A DNA stretch of 64,000 nt from the NCBI GenBank assembly GCA_964567265.1, contig CAZMLK010000002.1, positions 2,996-66,995 of the forward strand, given 5' to 3'. A program made the translations under genes and the position numbers. Positions 1-9,329 of this stretch are shown piece after piece. Each line of letters opens with the position of its first letter. Position 1 is the first letter of the stretch. The notes under the pieces were generated by a model. The model searched no databases. It worked only from the letters and a program-made list of their open reading frames with translations, and was not told the origin of the DNA. Origin of the DNA: an uncultured Candidatus Saccharibacteria bacterium. Lineage in GTDB: Bacteria > Patescibacteriota > Minisyncoccia > Phycocordibacterales > UBA12088.

Positions 1-153
1 TGATTTTGCTTTTCCCACTCCACCTATCACTGCCTTTAAACTGCACTTATCATACAGAAGAAAGACCCTGGCAACATCGCCCCGAAATGGAACGTGCCGC
101 CTGACAGTAATGGTGGGATTTAGTTGTCAAAGACCAGTACCTTTGTTTTCAAG

Positions 154-175
154 AAAAAAACCGCTCAGTGAGCGG
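154..175 (-). terminator. putative intrinsic terminator (hairpin ccgctca-g-tgagcgg; A-run on + gives T-run on minus)
   Basis: inverted repeat 161-175 preceded by aaaaaaa 154-160. Confidence 0.35.
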
Positions 176-331
176 CATACCAGAACCCTAAAACGGCTCT
201 GTTATGCGCTCGTGGGTTTCTTAAGATTCAACATAAGTACGTAGCCCGTAGTATATAGGAAAGCAAAAAAGTGTCAAATTTCCGTCTTCCCCAGGGGGAA
301 ACAGGGGCAAAAGTGGGCCAAAAAAGCAGGA

Positions 332-361
332 GCCGCCGGCCCGATGTATCGGGCCGGCGGC
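332..361. repeat. 30-nt GC-rich palindrome gccgccggcccgat-gt-atcgggccggcggc, copy 1
   Basis: perfect 14-bp stem with 2-nt loop; identical copy at 656-685. Confidence 0.85.
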
Positions 362-655
362 TGGTTCACACTAGAGGATGCGAAAACGGATAAGGATTCT
401 TCGCCACCACGAATGCGAGTGTCTTCGACTGACACGCCGCAAGGAGGATGTGAGCACTCGCCGCTTCTCTTCGAGATCCTCCGCAGTGAGAATACCAGGA
501 ATCTTTTGCGGACTCCCGTTGGCGACGCGTTTCGCCGCGAGCGTTATCAAGACGTGGTCTCCGGGTCTCATGACCGCCCCCTTTCTACAAGACGTGTATT
601 CCTCCCCAAATCCACGAACGCTGACATGCTCACCAGTTCCCAGCGCATGTGATTC

Positions 656-685
656 GCCGCCGGCCCGATGTATCGGGCCGGCGGC
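656..685. repeat. 30-nt GC-rich palindrome, copy 2 (identical to 332-361)
   Basis: identical 30-mer in direct orientation 324 bp downstream; sits just 3' of minus ORF 698-1039, so it may also act as its terminator. Confidence 0.85.
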
Positions 686-697
686 TCCAGTATGGAG

Positions 698-1039
698 TCA
701 GGCATACCGATACCGTGGCGGCGGCGTGTGTTTGTAGACAATTTCGAGGAGCCAACAACGAAGCTCCTCCAGAGAAAGATAGATACCGAGCTCAGCCAAG
801 CAATCTCGCTGGTCGTGAAATTTTTCAGACGTAAGCGCTCGAGGATCGTTCGCGCGAAGCCACTCGGCGTACAGCGCTTCCGCTTCTTGCCGCATAGAAA
901 TCTCAATCCATGCATCGGGGATAGTTGGTCCGTAGTCGGGATCGACACGATACCCCGGCCACCCGTTTGCATACGGTCTCGCAGGAAGCATTCGTTGCGG
1001 AGGCAACACGTCTCCATCCACGATCACATCGTTTTTCAT
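698..1039 (-). CDS. hypothetical small protein (113 aa) downstream of ABC exporter
   Basis: ORF 38 nt after ABC transporter stop on same strand; protein-like composition; palindrome right after its stop. Confidence 0.35.
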   Translation of the reverse strand: MKNDVIVDGDVLPPQRMLPARPYANGWPGYRVDPDYGPTIPDAWIEISMRQEAEALYAEWLRANDPRALTSEKFHDQRDCLAELGIYLSLEELRCWLLEIVYKHTPPPRYRYA

Positions 1040-1076
1040 TTCTCACCTCTCCGTTTGCTGGCGGCAACTATACACG

Positions 1077-2870
1077 TCACTCTCCCATAAATCCACCCGC
1101 CTGGATGCCCCACAGTTTTTTGTAGAGGCCGTCCCGCTTCAAGAGTTCGCCGTGCGTTCCCTGGTCCGCGACTGTACCATTTTCGACAACGACGATGCGA
1201 TCCATGCGCATGATGGTCGAGAGGCGGTGCGCGATGACGACGACCGTCTTCCCTTTCATCAGGGTCTCGAGCGCTTCTTGGATGTAGTGTTCCGATTCGG
1301 AGTCGAGCGACGATGTCGCTTCGTCGAGAAGGAGTATCGGCGCGTCCTTGAGGATCGCGCGCGCGATCGCGACGCGCTGGCGCTCACCGCCCGAGAGCTT
1401 CACGCCGCGCTCGCCGACATATGTCTCATATCTTTCTGGAAGCGCATCGATGAACTCGTGGCAGTGCGCCTGCTTCGCCGCCTCGATGACGTCCTCGTCG
1501 GTCGCGTCCATGTTTCCATAGCGAATATTTTCCATGAGCGTCCGATGGAAGAGGATCGGCTCCTGCGGCACGAATCCGATCGCGGCGCGGAGCGATTCCT
1601 GCGTGACGTCCTTGATGTTCGTTCCATCAATCATGATCTTTCCATCGGTCACGTCATGGAGGCGCAAGAGGAGCTTGAGCACGGTCGACTTCCCCGCTCC
1701 GGAGGGACCGACGAGCGCGATCTTCTCGCCGCCCCGAATAATGAGCGAAAACGAATCGAGCACAGTGCGCGTACTATTGAACGCGAATGTGACGTCCTTG
1801 AATTCGATCTCGCGCTTCGTGACTTCAAGCGGCTCCGACTGGATGGTATTCCTGACTTCGTGAGGCGTTTCCATGATCTCCACCATCTCGGTCGCATCCG
1901 CGATCGCTTCATACAATCCGCGGATCGATCCGTTGAATCCCCAGAGCTGGTTCGATGCCGTGATGAGATAGGCTTGCACGAGTGCGAAGTCGCCGATCGT
2001 CACGAGGCCCTGCCGCCACAAATTGATGGTGACGAGCATCAGCGCAATCTCGGTCACCATCATGAAAGCACCTTGAATAAGGTTGATGGTGTAACTGATA
2101 TTCCACGAAGTACGTCGGGCGCGCTCGAGTGCACGGCTCGCCTGCTCTACCAGGTTGATTTCGCGGCGCTCGCTCGCGAAGAGCTTGATCGTATACTCGT
2201 TGGAGACAGAATCGGAGATCGCCGCGGTCTGCGCCGAATCCTTCTCGGTCGACGCGATGTTGTATTTCTGCTTCCAGTTCGCGATCAGGATATGGAAGGT
2301 GATGAGCGTGACCGAGAACGCAAGGAACCCGACGCCGAGCCACACACTCCGTGCAGCCAGAACGAACGGGATGCCGGTAAGGAGCACCAGGACTGGGAGG
2401 ATATTGTAGATGACGATATCGACGAATTGCTGGTACGCCCGCGGAAGGCGCGTGACCTTGCGGACGATCGAGCCAGTGAAGGTGCTCGTGAAGAATGAGA
2501 AGGAGTGGTAGATGAGATTTCCGAATGCAGTGTTGACGAGATAGGTCATCGAGCGCGCGTAGAACGCTCCAGCAGAAAACTCGTGGATGCGCCACAGCAG
2601 CCACAAGAAGAAGTACAGCATCGCGACCGACATGATGATGGAAATGAGCGTGGTCGCGAGCGCATCGGTGGGTACACCGTTTGCGCTCGCAAGCGTGTCG
2701 AAGAACCGCTTGTAGAAAAGCGGCGTGACGAGGTTGAGAAGATAGTTCGCGAGCGCCGTCCCGAAGATGACGAGCCCGAGCCTCCATTCGCTTCTTGCGG
2801 TGCTCCAGAACAGCCTGAGTACCGGCCTGATGGAGACATTTCTTTTCTTCAGAGGTTCTTTTGATTCCAT
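1077..2870 (-). CDS. ABC transporter, fused permease/ATP-binding protein (MsbA-like exporter)
   Basis: ABC signature LSGGERQRVAIARAIL, Walker B ILLLDEATSSLD, six N-terminal TM segments; start chosen at MESKEPLKK (ATG 2870) rather than the upstream ORF extension. Confidence 0.9.
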   Translation of the reverse strand: MESKEPLKKRNVSIRPVLRLFWSTARSEWRLGLVIFGTALANYLLNLVTPLFYKRFFDTLASANGVPTDALATTLISIIMSVAMLYFFLWLLWRIHEFSAGAFYARSMTYLVNTAFGNLIYHSFSFFTSTFTGSIVRKVTRLPRAYQQFVDIVIYNILPVLVLLTGIPFVLAARSVWLGVGFLAFSVTLITFHILIANWKQKYNIASTEKDSAQTAAISDSVSNEYTIKLFASERREINLVEQASRALERARRTSWNISYTINLIQGAFMMVTEIALMLVTINLWRQGLVTIGDFALVQAYLITASNQLWGFNGSIRGLYEAIADATEMVEIMETPHEVRNTIQSEPLEVTKREIEFKDVTFAFNSTRTVLDSFSLIIRGGEKIALVGPSGAGKSTVLKLLLRLHDVTDGKIMIDGTNIKDVTQESLRAAIGFVPQEPILFHRTLMENIRYGNMDATDEDVIEAAKQAHCHEFIDALPERYETYVGERGVKLSGGERQRVAIARAILKDAPILLLDEATSSLDSESEHYIQEALETLMKGKTVVVIAHRLSTIMRMDRIVVVENGTVADQGTHGELLKRDGLYKKLWGIQAGGFMGE

Positions 2871-3003
2871 ATACGTGAAGGTTTTTTGAGTATGGCAGAA
2901 ATGATTCTTCTGACAAGCGATGCCGTTCATGAAGCAGGTTCCGATTGCGTCAGCGGCAATGGCGCGGTAGGCTTCTAATCGAAGTCTTGTAGGAGTAGTG
3001 TCA

Positions 3004-3210
3004 TTGAAGAGAAGATCCGAGAGCGCATTCGGAAATGGGTCGTCAAGGAGAGGCGGTGATGCGCGGCCGATACTCGTGACTATCCTCGCCATCATCGTCC
3101 TCCTTATACTCGCCGGCGTCACGGCACTCGTCGTCATTGATTTCGGACTTTGGAGCCCGCCGACAGAAGAACGCTCTGTCACGCTCCCCGACTCCCAGTT
3201 CCCGAAGTGA
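3004..3210 (+). CDS. putative small single-TM membrane protein (~68 aa)
   Basis: ORF with AGGAG 8 nt upstream of TTG 3004 (GTG 2998 alternative); hydrophobic helix ILVTILAIIVLLILAGVTALVVI; stop immediately followed by hairpin 3220-3250. Confidence 0.3.
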   Translation: MKRRSESAFGNGSSRRGGDARPILVTILAIIVLLILAGVTALVVIDFGLWSPPTEERSVTLPDSQFPK

Positions 3211-3219
3211 GTCGAAATG

Positions 3220-3250
3220 AAAGCCCCCGCAACGTCGTTGCGGGGGCTTT
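3220..3250. terminator. bidirectional hairpin aaagcccccgcaacg-tc-gttgcgggggcttt
   Basis: perfect inverted repeat between convergent small + ORF and minus gene 3275-3967. Confidence 0.6.
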
Positions 3251-3274
3251 GCCATATGAGCGTGAAGTCCGGAA

Positions 3275-3967
3275 TTACCGGCGCTTCATCTCATCCCGCA
3301 TCTTTTCAAGATAATGCTTCGCGACATCCTGGCCGCCGAGCCCGAATGAGAGCCCGAGCGCGAGTGATACTGCCACGACCACTCCGGTGAACAGGGTCTG
3401 CACGAAGATCGACGCGACCGACAGCTGATTGAGCGCTGCGAGGAAGGCGAAGATCCAGATTGCCCAGCGCGTCACGTTGCCGAGGAAATGCGCGGACGGC
3501 ATGTCGGCTGCCTTCGCGGCGCCGACGACGACGGTCTGGCTCACTTCTGCGATCACTGCTGCAACAAGAAGTATGAGGACAGCAGCGATCACCTGCGGCA
3601 AGTAGAGGAGTACGACTTCCTGGAGGAAGATGTTGACCTGGTTGAGGCCGAGCACGTCGAGAGACGCGACGAGGAACGCGATGATCACGAACCACTTGAT
3701 GAGCTCGCCGAGGAAGTTCCCCGAATTGAGGCGGAAGCCTGCGCGGCTGAGGACATCCTCGAAGCCGGCGCTCCGGAGCGCGTTATCAACTTTGAGTGAA
3801 GCGACGACTTGGGAGACGATATGCGCGAGCGCGGTACCGACGAGCCAGCCCGCGAGGAATATCAAAAACGCGACGACGAGGTTGGGGATGAACTGGATCA
3901 CTCCTACCCACAGGCTTTGGAATGAGCGTATCAGCACATCAGACCAGGATTCTATCATCATATGCAT
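3275..3967 (-). CDS. membrane protein with conserved TM-helix repeats (MscS-associated TM_helix-like)
   Basis: 230 aa, repeated hydrophobic helices FLIFLAGWLVG..., pattern recalled from MscS N-terminal repeat family; no search run. Confidence 0.65.
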   Translation of the reverse strand: MHMMIESWSDVLIRSFQSLWVGVIQFIPNLVVAFLIFLAGWLVGTALAHIVSQVVASLKVDNALRSAGFEDVLSRAGFRLNSGNFLGELIKWFVIIAFLVASLDVLGLNQVNIFLQEVVLLYLPQVIAAVLILLVAAVIAEVSQTVVVGAAKAADMPSAHFLGNVTRWAIWIFAFLAALNQLSVASIFVQTLFTGVVVAVSLALGLSFGLGGQDVAKHYLEKMRDEMKRR

Positions 3968-4115
3968 TGCTTCCCCGCACGCGTATGCGAGGACACGGTT
4001 TCTAAATGAATAAGCGCTTCTGAGAACAGCTCCTTCCGGAGTCGAAAGACATCATTAATGATAGCACCGGGAACAGGCGCATTTCTCCCTCCGTGTGGAT
4101 AAAGGAGCCGGTGCC

Positions 4116-4739
4116 CTAGAGCAAGCTCAGGCGGTCCAAGACCGCACGGTGCGGATAGTCGAAGACGTTCCGGATGAGGCGGTCATGGATGGAGCGGCGG
4201 TAGGCGAAGTCTGAGATCGAGAGGAACGCGTAGCGGATGTCGCGTCCGATCTCGATCTCGATGTTCTTGATAGCGGCTTCGAGGACCGGCCGGTTGATGC
4301 GGTCCCCCACCACCAAGAGGTCGATGGTCGCGTCGGTTTCGGGATCGAGGAACGAGCCCGCGACGATGACGAGCGCGATCCGCCCGGCCTTGCCGAGCCT
4401 CCGCGCGATATCCTGGTCATTCAAGGAAACGGTCGCGAGCATGAACTGGCGGAGCTCACGGCGGAACGGGAACCGCTCATCGAGCAGGAAGCCATTCACC
4501 TTCTTCTGAAGAATGGTTGATTTCCCGCCGCGCTTCACGGTGACGCTCTTGTGGAATACTTTCCGCTTGAGGAATCGGATGGCGAGGAGGGTCCGGATCT
4601 CGGACGCGAGCGCGGAATCGGAGATTTTTGTCCTGCTCTGGATATCGTCGCGGTCGAACGGGGTCTCGGGGGCAAAGAGGAAGAGCCTGAGCATCTTGAC
4701 GCGCTGAGGACTTCCAAAAAGTTTACCGAGAGTATCCAT
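4116..4739 (-). CDS. putative winged-HTH regulator fused to a nucleotidyltransferase-like domain
   Basis: N-terminal RVKMLRLFL... wHTH-like region; C-terminal GSFLDPETDATIDLLVVGD NTase-like segment; assignment from motif memory only. Confidence 0.5.
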   Translation of the reverse strand: MDTLGKLFGSPQRVKMLRLFLFAPETPFDRDDIQSRTKISDSALASEIRTLLAIRFLKRKVFHKSVTVKRGGKSTILQKKVNGFLLDERFPFRRELRQFMLATVSLNDQDIARRLGKAGRIALVIVAGSFLDPETDATIDLLVVGDRINRPVLEAAIKNIEIEIGRDIRYAFLSISDFAYRRSIHDRLIRNVFDYPHRAVLDRLSLL

Positions 4740-4944
4740 GTGGCGACATTGTATCAGTCATTTTTCGGCCACGCTAGAAATGGGCATTAGTAGAACACAA
4801 AGCCCGGCGCCATGGGCGCCGGGCTTTGTGGGTCATGCGTCACTCCGTACACCACTCCTTTGGACGTGCGGCAGAGTACCCTTCAATTAGACTATATTTT
4901 GGCCAAAAAACAATGTGACTTTTTCCAGAAAAGTGGGAACAAGG

Positions 4945-4983
4945 CAAAAAAGAAGCGCCGGACCCAAGAATGGGTCCGGCGCT
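4945..4983 (-). terminator. intrinsic terminator downstream of glmS
   Basis: hairpin agcgccggaccca-agaa-tgggtccggcgct followed on minus strand by T-run. Confidence 0.6.
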
Positions 4984-4994
4984 GGGGGAAGGTG

Positions 4995-6836
4995 TCACTC
5001 AACAGTGACAGACTTCGCCAAGTTCCGTGGTTGGTCGACGTCGGTCCCCTTGAGGACCGCCGTGTGGTAGGCAAGGAGCTGCACCGGGATGGTGTAGAGA
5101 ATCGGTGCGACGAACGGGTCGACGGTCGGAAGAATGATGGAAGCAAAGAGCTTCCGGTCCGGACCGAGCTCAGCCGTGACCTGAGCTACGCCCTCCTGGT
5201 CGGAGATCAGAATCACCCGACCACCCCGCGAGACAACCTCCTGCAGATTCAAGGCCGTCTTTTCGAACAAATGGTCCCGGGGAGCAACGACGATGACCGG
5301 GACGTTCTCGTCAATGAGCGCGATCGGCCCGTGCTTCAGCTCGCCTGCGGCATAAGCCTCCGCATGGATGTAGCTGATTTCCTTGAGCTTCAGCGCGCCT
5401 TCGAGGGCAACGGCGAAACTCGTCCCCCGTCCAAGATAAAGAACGTCCCGTGCATCCTTCAGCCTGTCCGCGATGGTCCGTATCTTCGCGTTCAGGCCTT
5501 CGATGACTTGCAGTATACGGGCAGGAAGCTCGTCGAGTGCAAGCGTGAGTGCATGTTCGCGTTCGGAAGTCAGCCGGCCGCAGGCGCGCGCTGTACCAAT
5601 AGCAAGACAGGCGAGAGTCGCGAGCTGTGTCGTGAAGGCCTTGGTTGAGGCGACGCCGACCTCGGGACCGGCGAGGGTCCGGAGGAGTGCGTCCGCTTCG
5701 CGGGCGAGCGTACTCTCCGGTACGTTGACGACTGCGAGCGCTTTGTGACCGGCGACGCGCAAGTGGCGCATTGCCGCAAGCGTGTCCGCAGTCTCACCCG
5801 ACTGCGAGACAAAGAGTCCGATCTGTCCGGGCACGAGCGGAGCGTCGCGATAGCGAAACTCTGATGCGATATCCCAGTCGACCGGAAGCCCTGCGAGGCT
5901 TTCGAACCAATACTTCGCGATGAGTGCAGCATACGATGCCGTGCCGCAGGCGACTGCAGCGATGCGGGTGACTGTCGCCATGTCGAATGGAAGTTCCGGG
6001 AGCGTAATGCGGTGTGTCACGGGATCTGCGAAGGAACGGAGCGTATCGCCAATGACGGCGGGCTGCTCAAAAATTTCCTTCAGCATGTAATGCCGATGAT
6101 TCCCTTTTCCAAGAGCCGCACCGCTCTGCTCGGTTTGGACAATCGCGCGCGTGACTGGCCGATCGCGAGCGTCGACAATGTCGACGCCCTCTCCGCTTAG
6201 GAACGCGATGTCCCCTTCCTCGAGATACTGGATCTGTCGAGTGAGGGGGGCGAGCGCGAGCGCATCGGATCCGACGAACATCTCGCCGTCTCCATGCCCG
6301 ATCGCGAGTGGACACCCTTTCCGAGCGACCACCAGGAGATCCGGGTAGTCTTCGAACAGGATCGCGAGCGCGAATGCGCCCTCGAGCCGTCGGATAGCAG
6401 CAGTCGCTGCCTCGAGCGGGCCGACGCGACGAAGCCCGTCGCTCACAAGATGTGCGACCACTTCGGTATCGGTCTGCGTTACAAAGTCGTGACCCTTGGC
6501 AACCAGTTCAGCACGAAGTGCCTGGAAATTCTCGATGATGCCGTTGTGTACCAGGGCGACTCCCGCACTGACGTGCGGATGTGCATTGGTTTCATTCGGC
6601 TCCCCATGCGTCGCCCAGCGTGTATGGCCGATGCCCGTGTACCCACCAAGCGGCTCGGCTTCGAGAAGCTCTGCCAGATTGATCAGCTTCCCGGGCGCAC
6701 GACGACGCACGATCTTTCCATCGACCAACGTGGCGATACCGGCACTGTCATATCCGCGATACTCAAGACGCCGAAGCGCTTCGAGGAGAAGTGGGGCCGC
6801 AGGACGGCGCCCGATGACTCCGACGATTCCACACAT
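4995..6836 (-). CDS. glmS: glutamine--fructose-6-phosphate aminotransferase
   Basis: starts MCGIVGV (catalytic Cys2); two SIS domains; C-terminal ...KSVTVE; AGGAA RBS 8 nt upstream of ATG 6836. Confidence 0.93.
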   Translation of the reverse strand: MCGIVGVIGRRPAAPLLLEALRRLEYRGYDSAGIATLVDGKIVRRRAPGKLINLAELLEAEPLGGYTGIGHTRWATHGEPNETNAHPHVSAGVALVHNGIIENFQALRAELVAKGHDFVTQTDTEVVAHLVSDGLRRVGPLEAATAAIRRLEGAFALAILFEDYPDLLVVARKGCPLAIGHGDGEMFVGSDALALAPLTRQIQYLEEGDIAFLSGEGVDIVDARDRPVTRAIVQTEQSGAALGKGNHRHYMLKEIFEQPAVIGDTLRSFADPVTHRITLPELPFDMATVTRIAAVACGTASYAALIAKYWFESLAGLPVDWDIASEFRYRDAPLVPGQIGLFVSQSGETADTLAAMRHLRVAGHKALAVVNVPESTLAREADALLRTLAGPEVGVASTKAFTTQLATLACLAIGTARACGRLTSEREHALTLALDELPARILQVIEGLNAKIRTIADRLKDARDVLYLGRGTSFAVALEGALKLKEISYIHAEAYAAGELKHGPIALIDENVPVIVVAPRDHLFEKTALNLQEVVSRGGRVILISDQEGVAQVTAELGPDRKLFASIILPTVDPFVAPILYTIPVQLLAYHTAVLKGTDVDQPRNLAKSVTVE

Positions 6837-6980
6837 GAGCGGTATTCCTTTCTGCTGTGATGGCAAAGAGCGGTTCCGAGCCCCTTTACGAGAACCCGAA
6901 AGACTTGTAGAAAGATACCTTATTATTGGTTAAATGTACATGAAGTAAATTTTATGGTGAAATATGAGCCTTCGAGACCA

Positions 6981-7031
6981 GCCCCGCAAACACAAAGGCC
7001 GCCCCGAAGGGGCGGCCTTTGTGTTTGCGGG
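6981..7031 (-). terminator. intrinsic terminator after rplL (24-bp perfect palindrome)
   Basis: ccccgcaaacacaaaggccgcccc-gaa-ggggcggcctttgtgtttgcgggg directly after rplL stop. Confidence 0.7.
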
Positions 7032-7041
7032 GCTTCGTGGA

Positions 7042-7449
7042 TTATTTGAGTTCCACCTTGCCTCCTGCGTCTTCGATCTGCTTCTTGAGTGCTTCTGCAT
7101 CCTCCTTCTTGAGTCCCTCCTTGATGAGCGCTGGCGCGCCATCGACGAGGTCCTTCGCTTCCTTGAGACCGAGGGCGAGGACTTCCTTCACCACCTTGAT
7201 CACCTGGATCTTCTGCTCGCCTGCTGCTGCGAGGTGGACGGCAAAGGTAGACTGCTCTTCCTTCGCCTCGCCTGCTGCTGCGGGACCAGCGACTGCAACT
7301 GCTGCTGCAGACACGCCGAACTTCTTCTCGAATACCTTCACGAGCTCGTGGAGCTCAAGGACAGACATGGTTTCGATTTCCTCAACAAGCTTCTTGAACT
7401 TTGCTGGGACCTCAAATACCTCAGCTGCTCCTGTCGTTGCTTCATCCAT
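7042..7449 (-). CDS. rplL: 50S ribosomal protein L7/L12
   Basis: [19 protein letters not shown]..., Ala-rich hinge, C-terminal [11 protein letters not shown]...GGKVELK. Confidence 0.95.
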   Translation of the reverse strand: MDEATTGAAEVFEVPAKFKKLVEEIETMSVLELHELVKVFEKKFGVSAAAVAVAGPAAAGEAKEEQSTFAVHLAAAGEQKIQVIKVVKEVLALGLKEAKDLVDGAPALIKEGLKKEDAEALKKQIEDAGGKVELK

Positions 7450-7470
7450 AGGAATACTGATTAGTACTGA

Positions 7471-7962
7471 TTAAGATTCTTTCTTCGCCGCGATCGCGTC
7501 GAGCGCGAACACCAATCCCTGAATCGGAGAATTGATGACGTTCACGAACTGCGCGTACAGCGTCTGGAGCGGTGGGATCATCGCGATGGTCTGCATCTCG
7601 GAAGCGTTCATGAACTTCTTCTCGAAAATGCCGCCGACGATGGACAACCGATCCTTGTTCTTCTTCACGAAGACGTTCACTTCGCGTGCGGGAGCGACCG
7701 GGTCAGTTCCATACACGAGCGCGAATTCTCCGGGAAGCTCGGGAAGCTCTCCCGCGAATCCTCCTGCTTCGAAGGCTCGGCGTGCGAGCGTCTTCTTGGC
7801 GACGAGGTAGCGGACGCCGAGGGCGCGGAGCGACTTGCGCATCGCGCTCGTCTCGGCGACCGTGAGCTTCTTGAAGCTTACGAACACGACGCTTTCCGAT
7901 CCCGCAACGGCATCAGAGACTTCGCGTACGACTTCTTCCTTCCTTGAACGGGTGATTGCCAT
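7471..7962 (-). CDS. rplJ: 50S ribosomal protein L10
   Basis: MAITRSRKEEVV... L10 family; immediately upstream of rplL; start set at ATG 7962. Confidence 0.9.
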   Translation of the reverse strand: MAITRSRKEEVVREVSDAVAGSESVVFVSFKKLTVAETSAMRKSLRALGVRYLVAKKTLARRAFEAGGFAGELPELPGEFALVYGTDPVAPAREVNVFVKKNKDRLSIVGGIFEKKFMNASEMQTIAMIPPLQTLYAQFVNVINSPIQGLVFALDAIAAKKES

Positions 7963-8261
7963 ACAGTTTCGTTCACCTTTCTTTTCTTCCAACCTACCCG
8001 AACGGGCGGCCGGGCAATAAAAAAGGCCCTTATAAGGCACCTGATACTCCGCCCGATCCCGAGGGATGTGGGCAGGATGAGATATCGACCTCCGCAGGGC
8101 TTATTCCCTCATTTCTGAGAGGTGCCTGCTTCTTCGGTGCTTGGGTAAGACTGTACCATCCCGCCCGCCGGCTGGCAATATCCCCGCGCACCCGGCATTC
8201 ATTGACACCCCTCCCCCTTTTCGATTTACTCATGAGTAGGCACTTTTTCAGGAGACTCCCT
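7963..8261 (-). promoter_or_regulatory. long rplJ leader (candidate L10 autoregulatory leader)
   Basis: ~300 nt non-coding upstream of rplJ; by analogy to L10(L12)4-binding leaders; structure not verified. Confidence 0.3.
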
Positions 8262-8561
8262 ATGTCCCTGGTACTTGCACCATCACCACCCGTGAAGACA
8301 CCGGCCCTGGAACTCCAACTGCGCGGCTACCGCCTCGCGACCGCCGAAATTACGTATCATCTTCCCGACCATCCATCCCTGCTCCAGATCCTAATCTGGC
8401 AACACTACGATTTGGCTCCCGAGTTCCCGGAGCTCCACAAGTTCCTCGATTTCTGGGTACAAAATATCGAAGGCAAGCTTCACAGTGTATTCGTCGGGCG
8501 GAGGAAACTCCTCGGGCCCGTCCAGCATACGCACGCCGCCGGAATGTGGCTGTTGCATTGA
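8262..8561 (+). CDS. Usg-like small protein (99 aa)
   Basis: GGAG 7 nt before ATG 8262; LRGYRLATAEITYHLPDHPSLLQILIWQHYDLAPEFPELHKFLDFW resembles Usg family as I recall it. Confidence 0.45.
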   Translation: MSLVLAPSPPVKTPALELQLRGYRLATAEITYHLPDHPSLLQILIWQHYDLAPEFPELHKFLDFWVQNIEGKLHSVFVGRRKLLGPVQHTHAAGMWLLH

Positions 8562-8707
8562 ACTCCACCGAATACCGAAGGGCCGCTCGCATCCGCGAGC
8601 GGCCCTTTCTCATTTCCCAGATACCAGGATTCCCACGCCGCACGCCCCATCCGCCATGCGTGGGGCGTGAGGTGTGGGCACCTCCTCTTCGAGAGATGCC
8701 CGAACGC

Positions 8708-9247
8708 CTACACTCTGAGCGCGTAAATCTCAGTCTCGATCGCGCCGCAATTCTTGAACACCGATACGACATCCACATCCTTCGGTGCATTCGCGGCAAC
8801 AAGGATGTTACCCGCCTGCACGCGGTCGACATATTCCTGCGCCTGCTCCTTGCCGACGCCCATGCTCGCGAGCGCCCCCAGGACGCCGCCCGCTGCTGCT
8901 CCTGTGAGCGCTCCGGCTGCCGTCGCGCCGACGGCCCCAGTGAGCCCGAGCGCGGTCGCCAAAGGGCCGGCCACGAAGAGCGGGCCAAGTACCGGGAAGA
9001 CTCCAGCAACTGCCGCGATTCCTGCGAGCGCGCCAAGCGCGCCGCCGATGCTGGCACCGGTCACCGCGCCCTCAGCCGGAGTACTCGTGGTCACGTCCAT
9101 CGAGTCTACTTCCTTCACTTCGCCTTCGGTATTCCGATATATGAACGAGAGATCCTCATCGGGGATATTGAGCTCGTTGTGCACATGATTGAGCGCCTTC
9201 TCGGCATCCGCCCGCGACGCGAAAATTCCAATAGTGATTTGTTTCAT
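8708..9247 (-). CDS. YflT-like general stress protein with internal glycine-zipper
   Basis: MKQITIGIFASRADAEKAL... N-terminal YflT-like module, central GxxxG/AxxxA zipper, C-terminal repeat ...YVDRVQAGNILVAANAP. Confidence 0.6.
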   Translation of the reverse strand: MKQITIGIFASRADAEKALNHVHNELNIPDEDLSFIYRNTEGEVKEVDSMDVTTSTPAEGAVTGASIGGALGALAGIAAVAGVFPVLGPLFVAGPLATALGLTGAVGATAAGALTGAAAGGVLGALASMGVGKEQAQEYVDRVQAGNILVAANAPKDVDVVSVFKNCGAIETEIYALRV

Positions 9248-9329
9248 GGCGGTTGTGTGATTGGGTAATCCAGAAATCGTCCGACATTCTCAATCCTAAA
9301 AGAACGGGCGTGAAGCAATCATTAAGCGG

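Noticed and set aside
344-1090. ORFs 344-652 and 668-1090 beginning MYRAGG
   Set aside because: Both start inside the two copies of the 30-nt palindrome (atgtatcgggccggcgg), so the identical N-termini are a repeat artefact. No coding signal beyond that.
1152-2498. 448-aa plus-strand ORF rich in Arg/Asp/Glu
   Set aside because: It lies entirely antisense to the ABC transporter gene, a typical high-GC shadow ORF with no motif. Similar antisense ORFs at 35987-37072, 37109-38551, 42720-43985, 49955-50929, 53752-54726, 55012-55875 and 58119-59702 were rejected for the same reason.
6837-7041. Possible glmS ribozyme/riboswitch upstream of glmS
   Set aside because: The ~90-nt leader is too short and lacks the conserved glmS ribozyme core as I recall it. 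The region is mostly the rplL terminator plus a promoter.
7956-8261. N-terminal half of the 201-aa ORF 7956-8561
   Set aside because: Only the C-terminal 99 codons, which have their own GGAG RBS at 8251, look like a real Usg-like protein. The upstream part overlaps the rplJ start and leader and is Pro/Arg-rich noise.
8350-9057. 235-aa Arg/Ser-rich minus ORF spanning the usg / yflT interval
   Set aside because: Low-complexity Arg-rich translation of GC-rich DNA. It overlaps two better-supported genes and the convergent terminators at 8578-8672.
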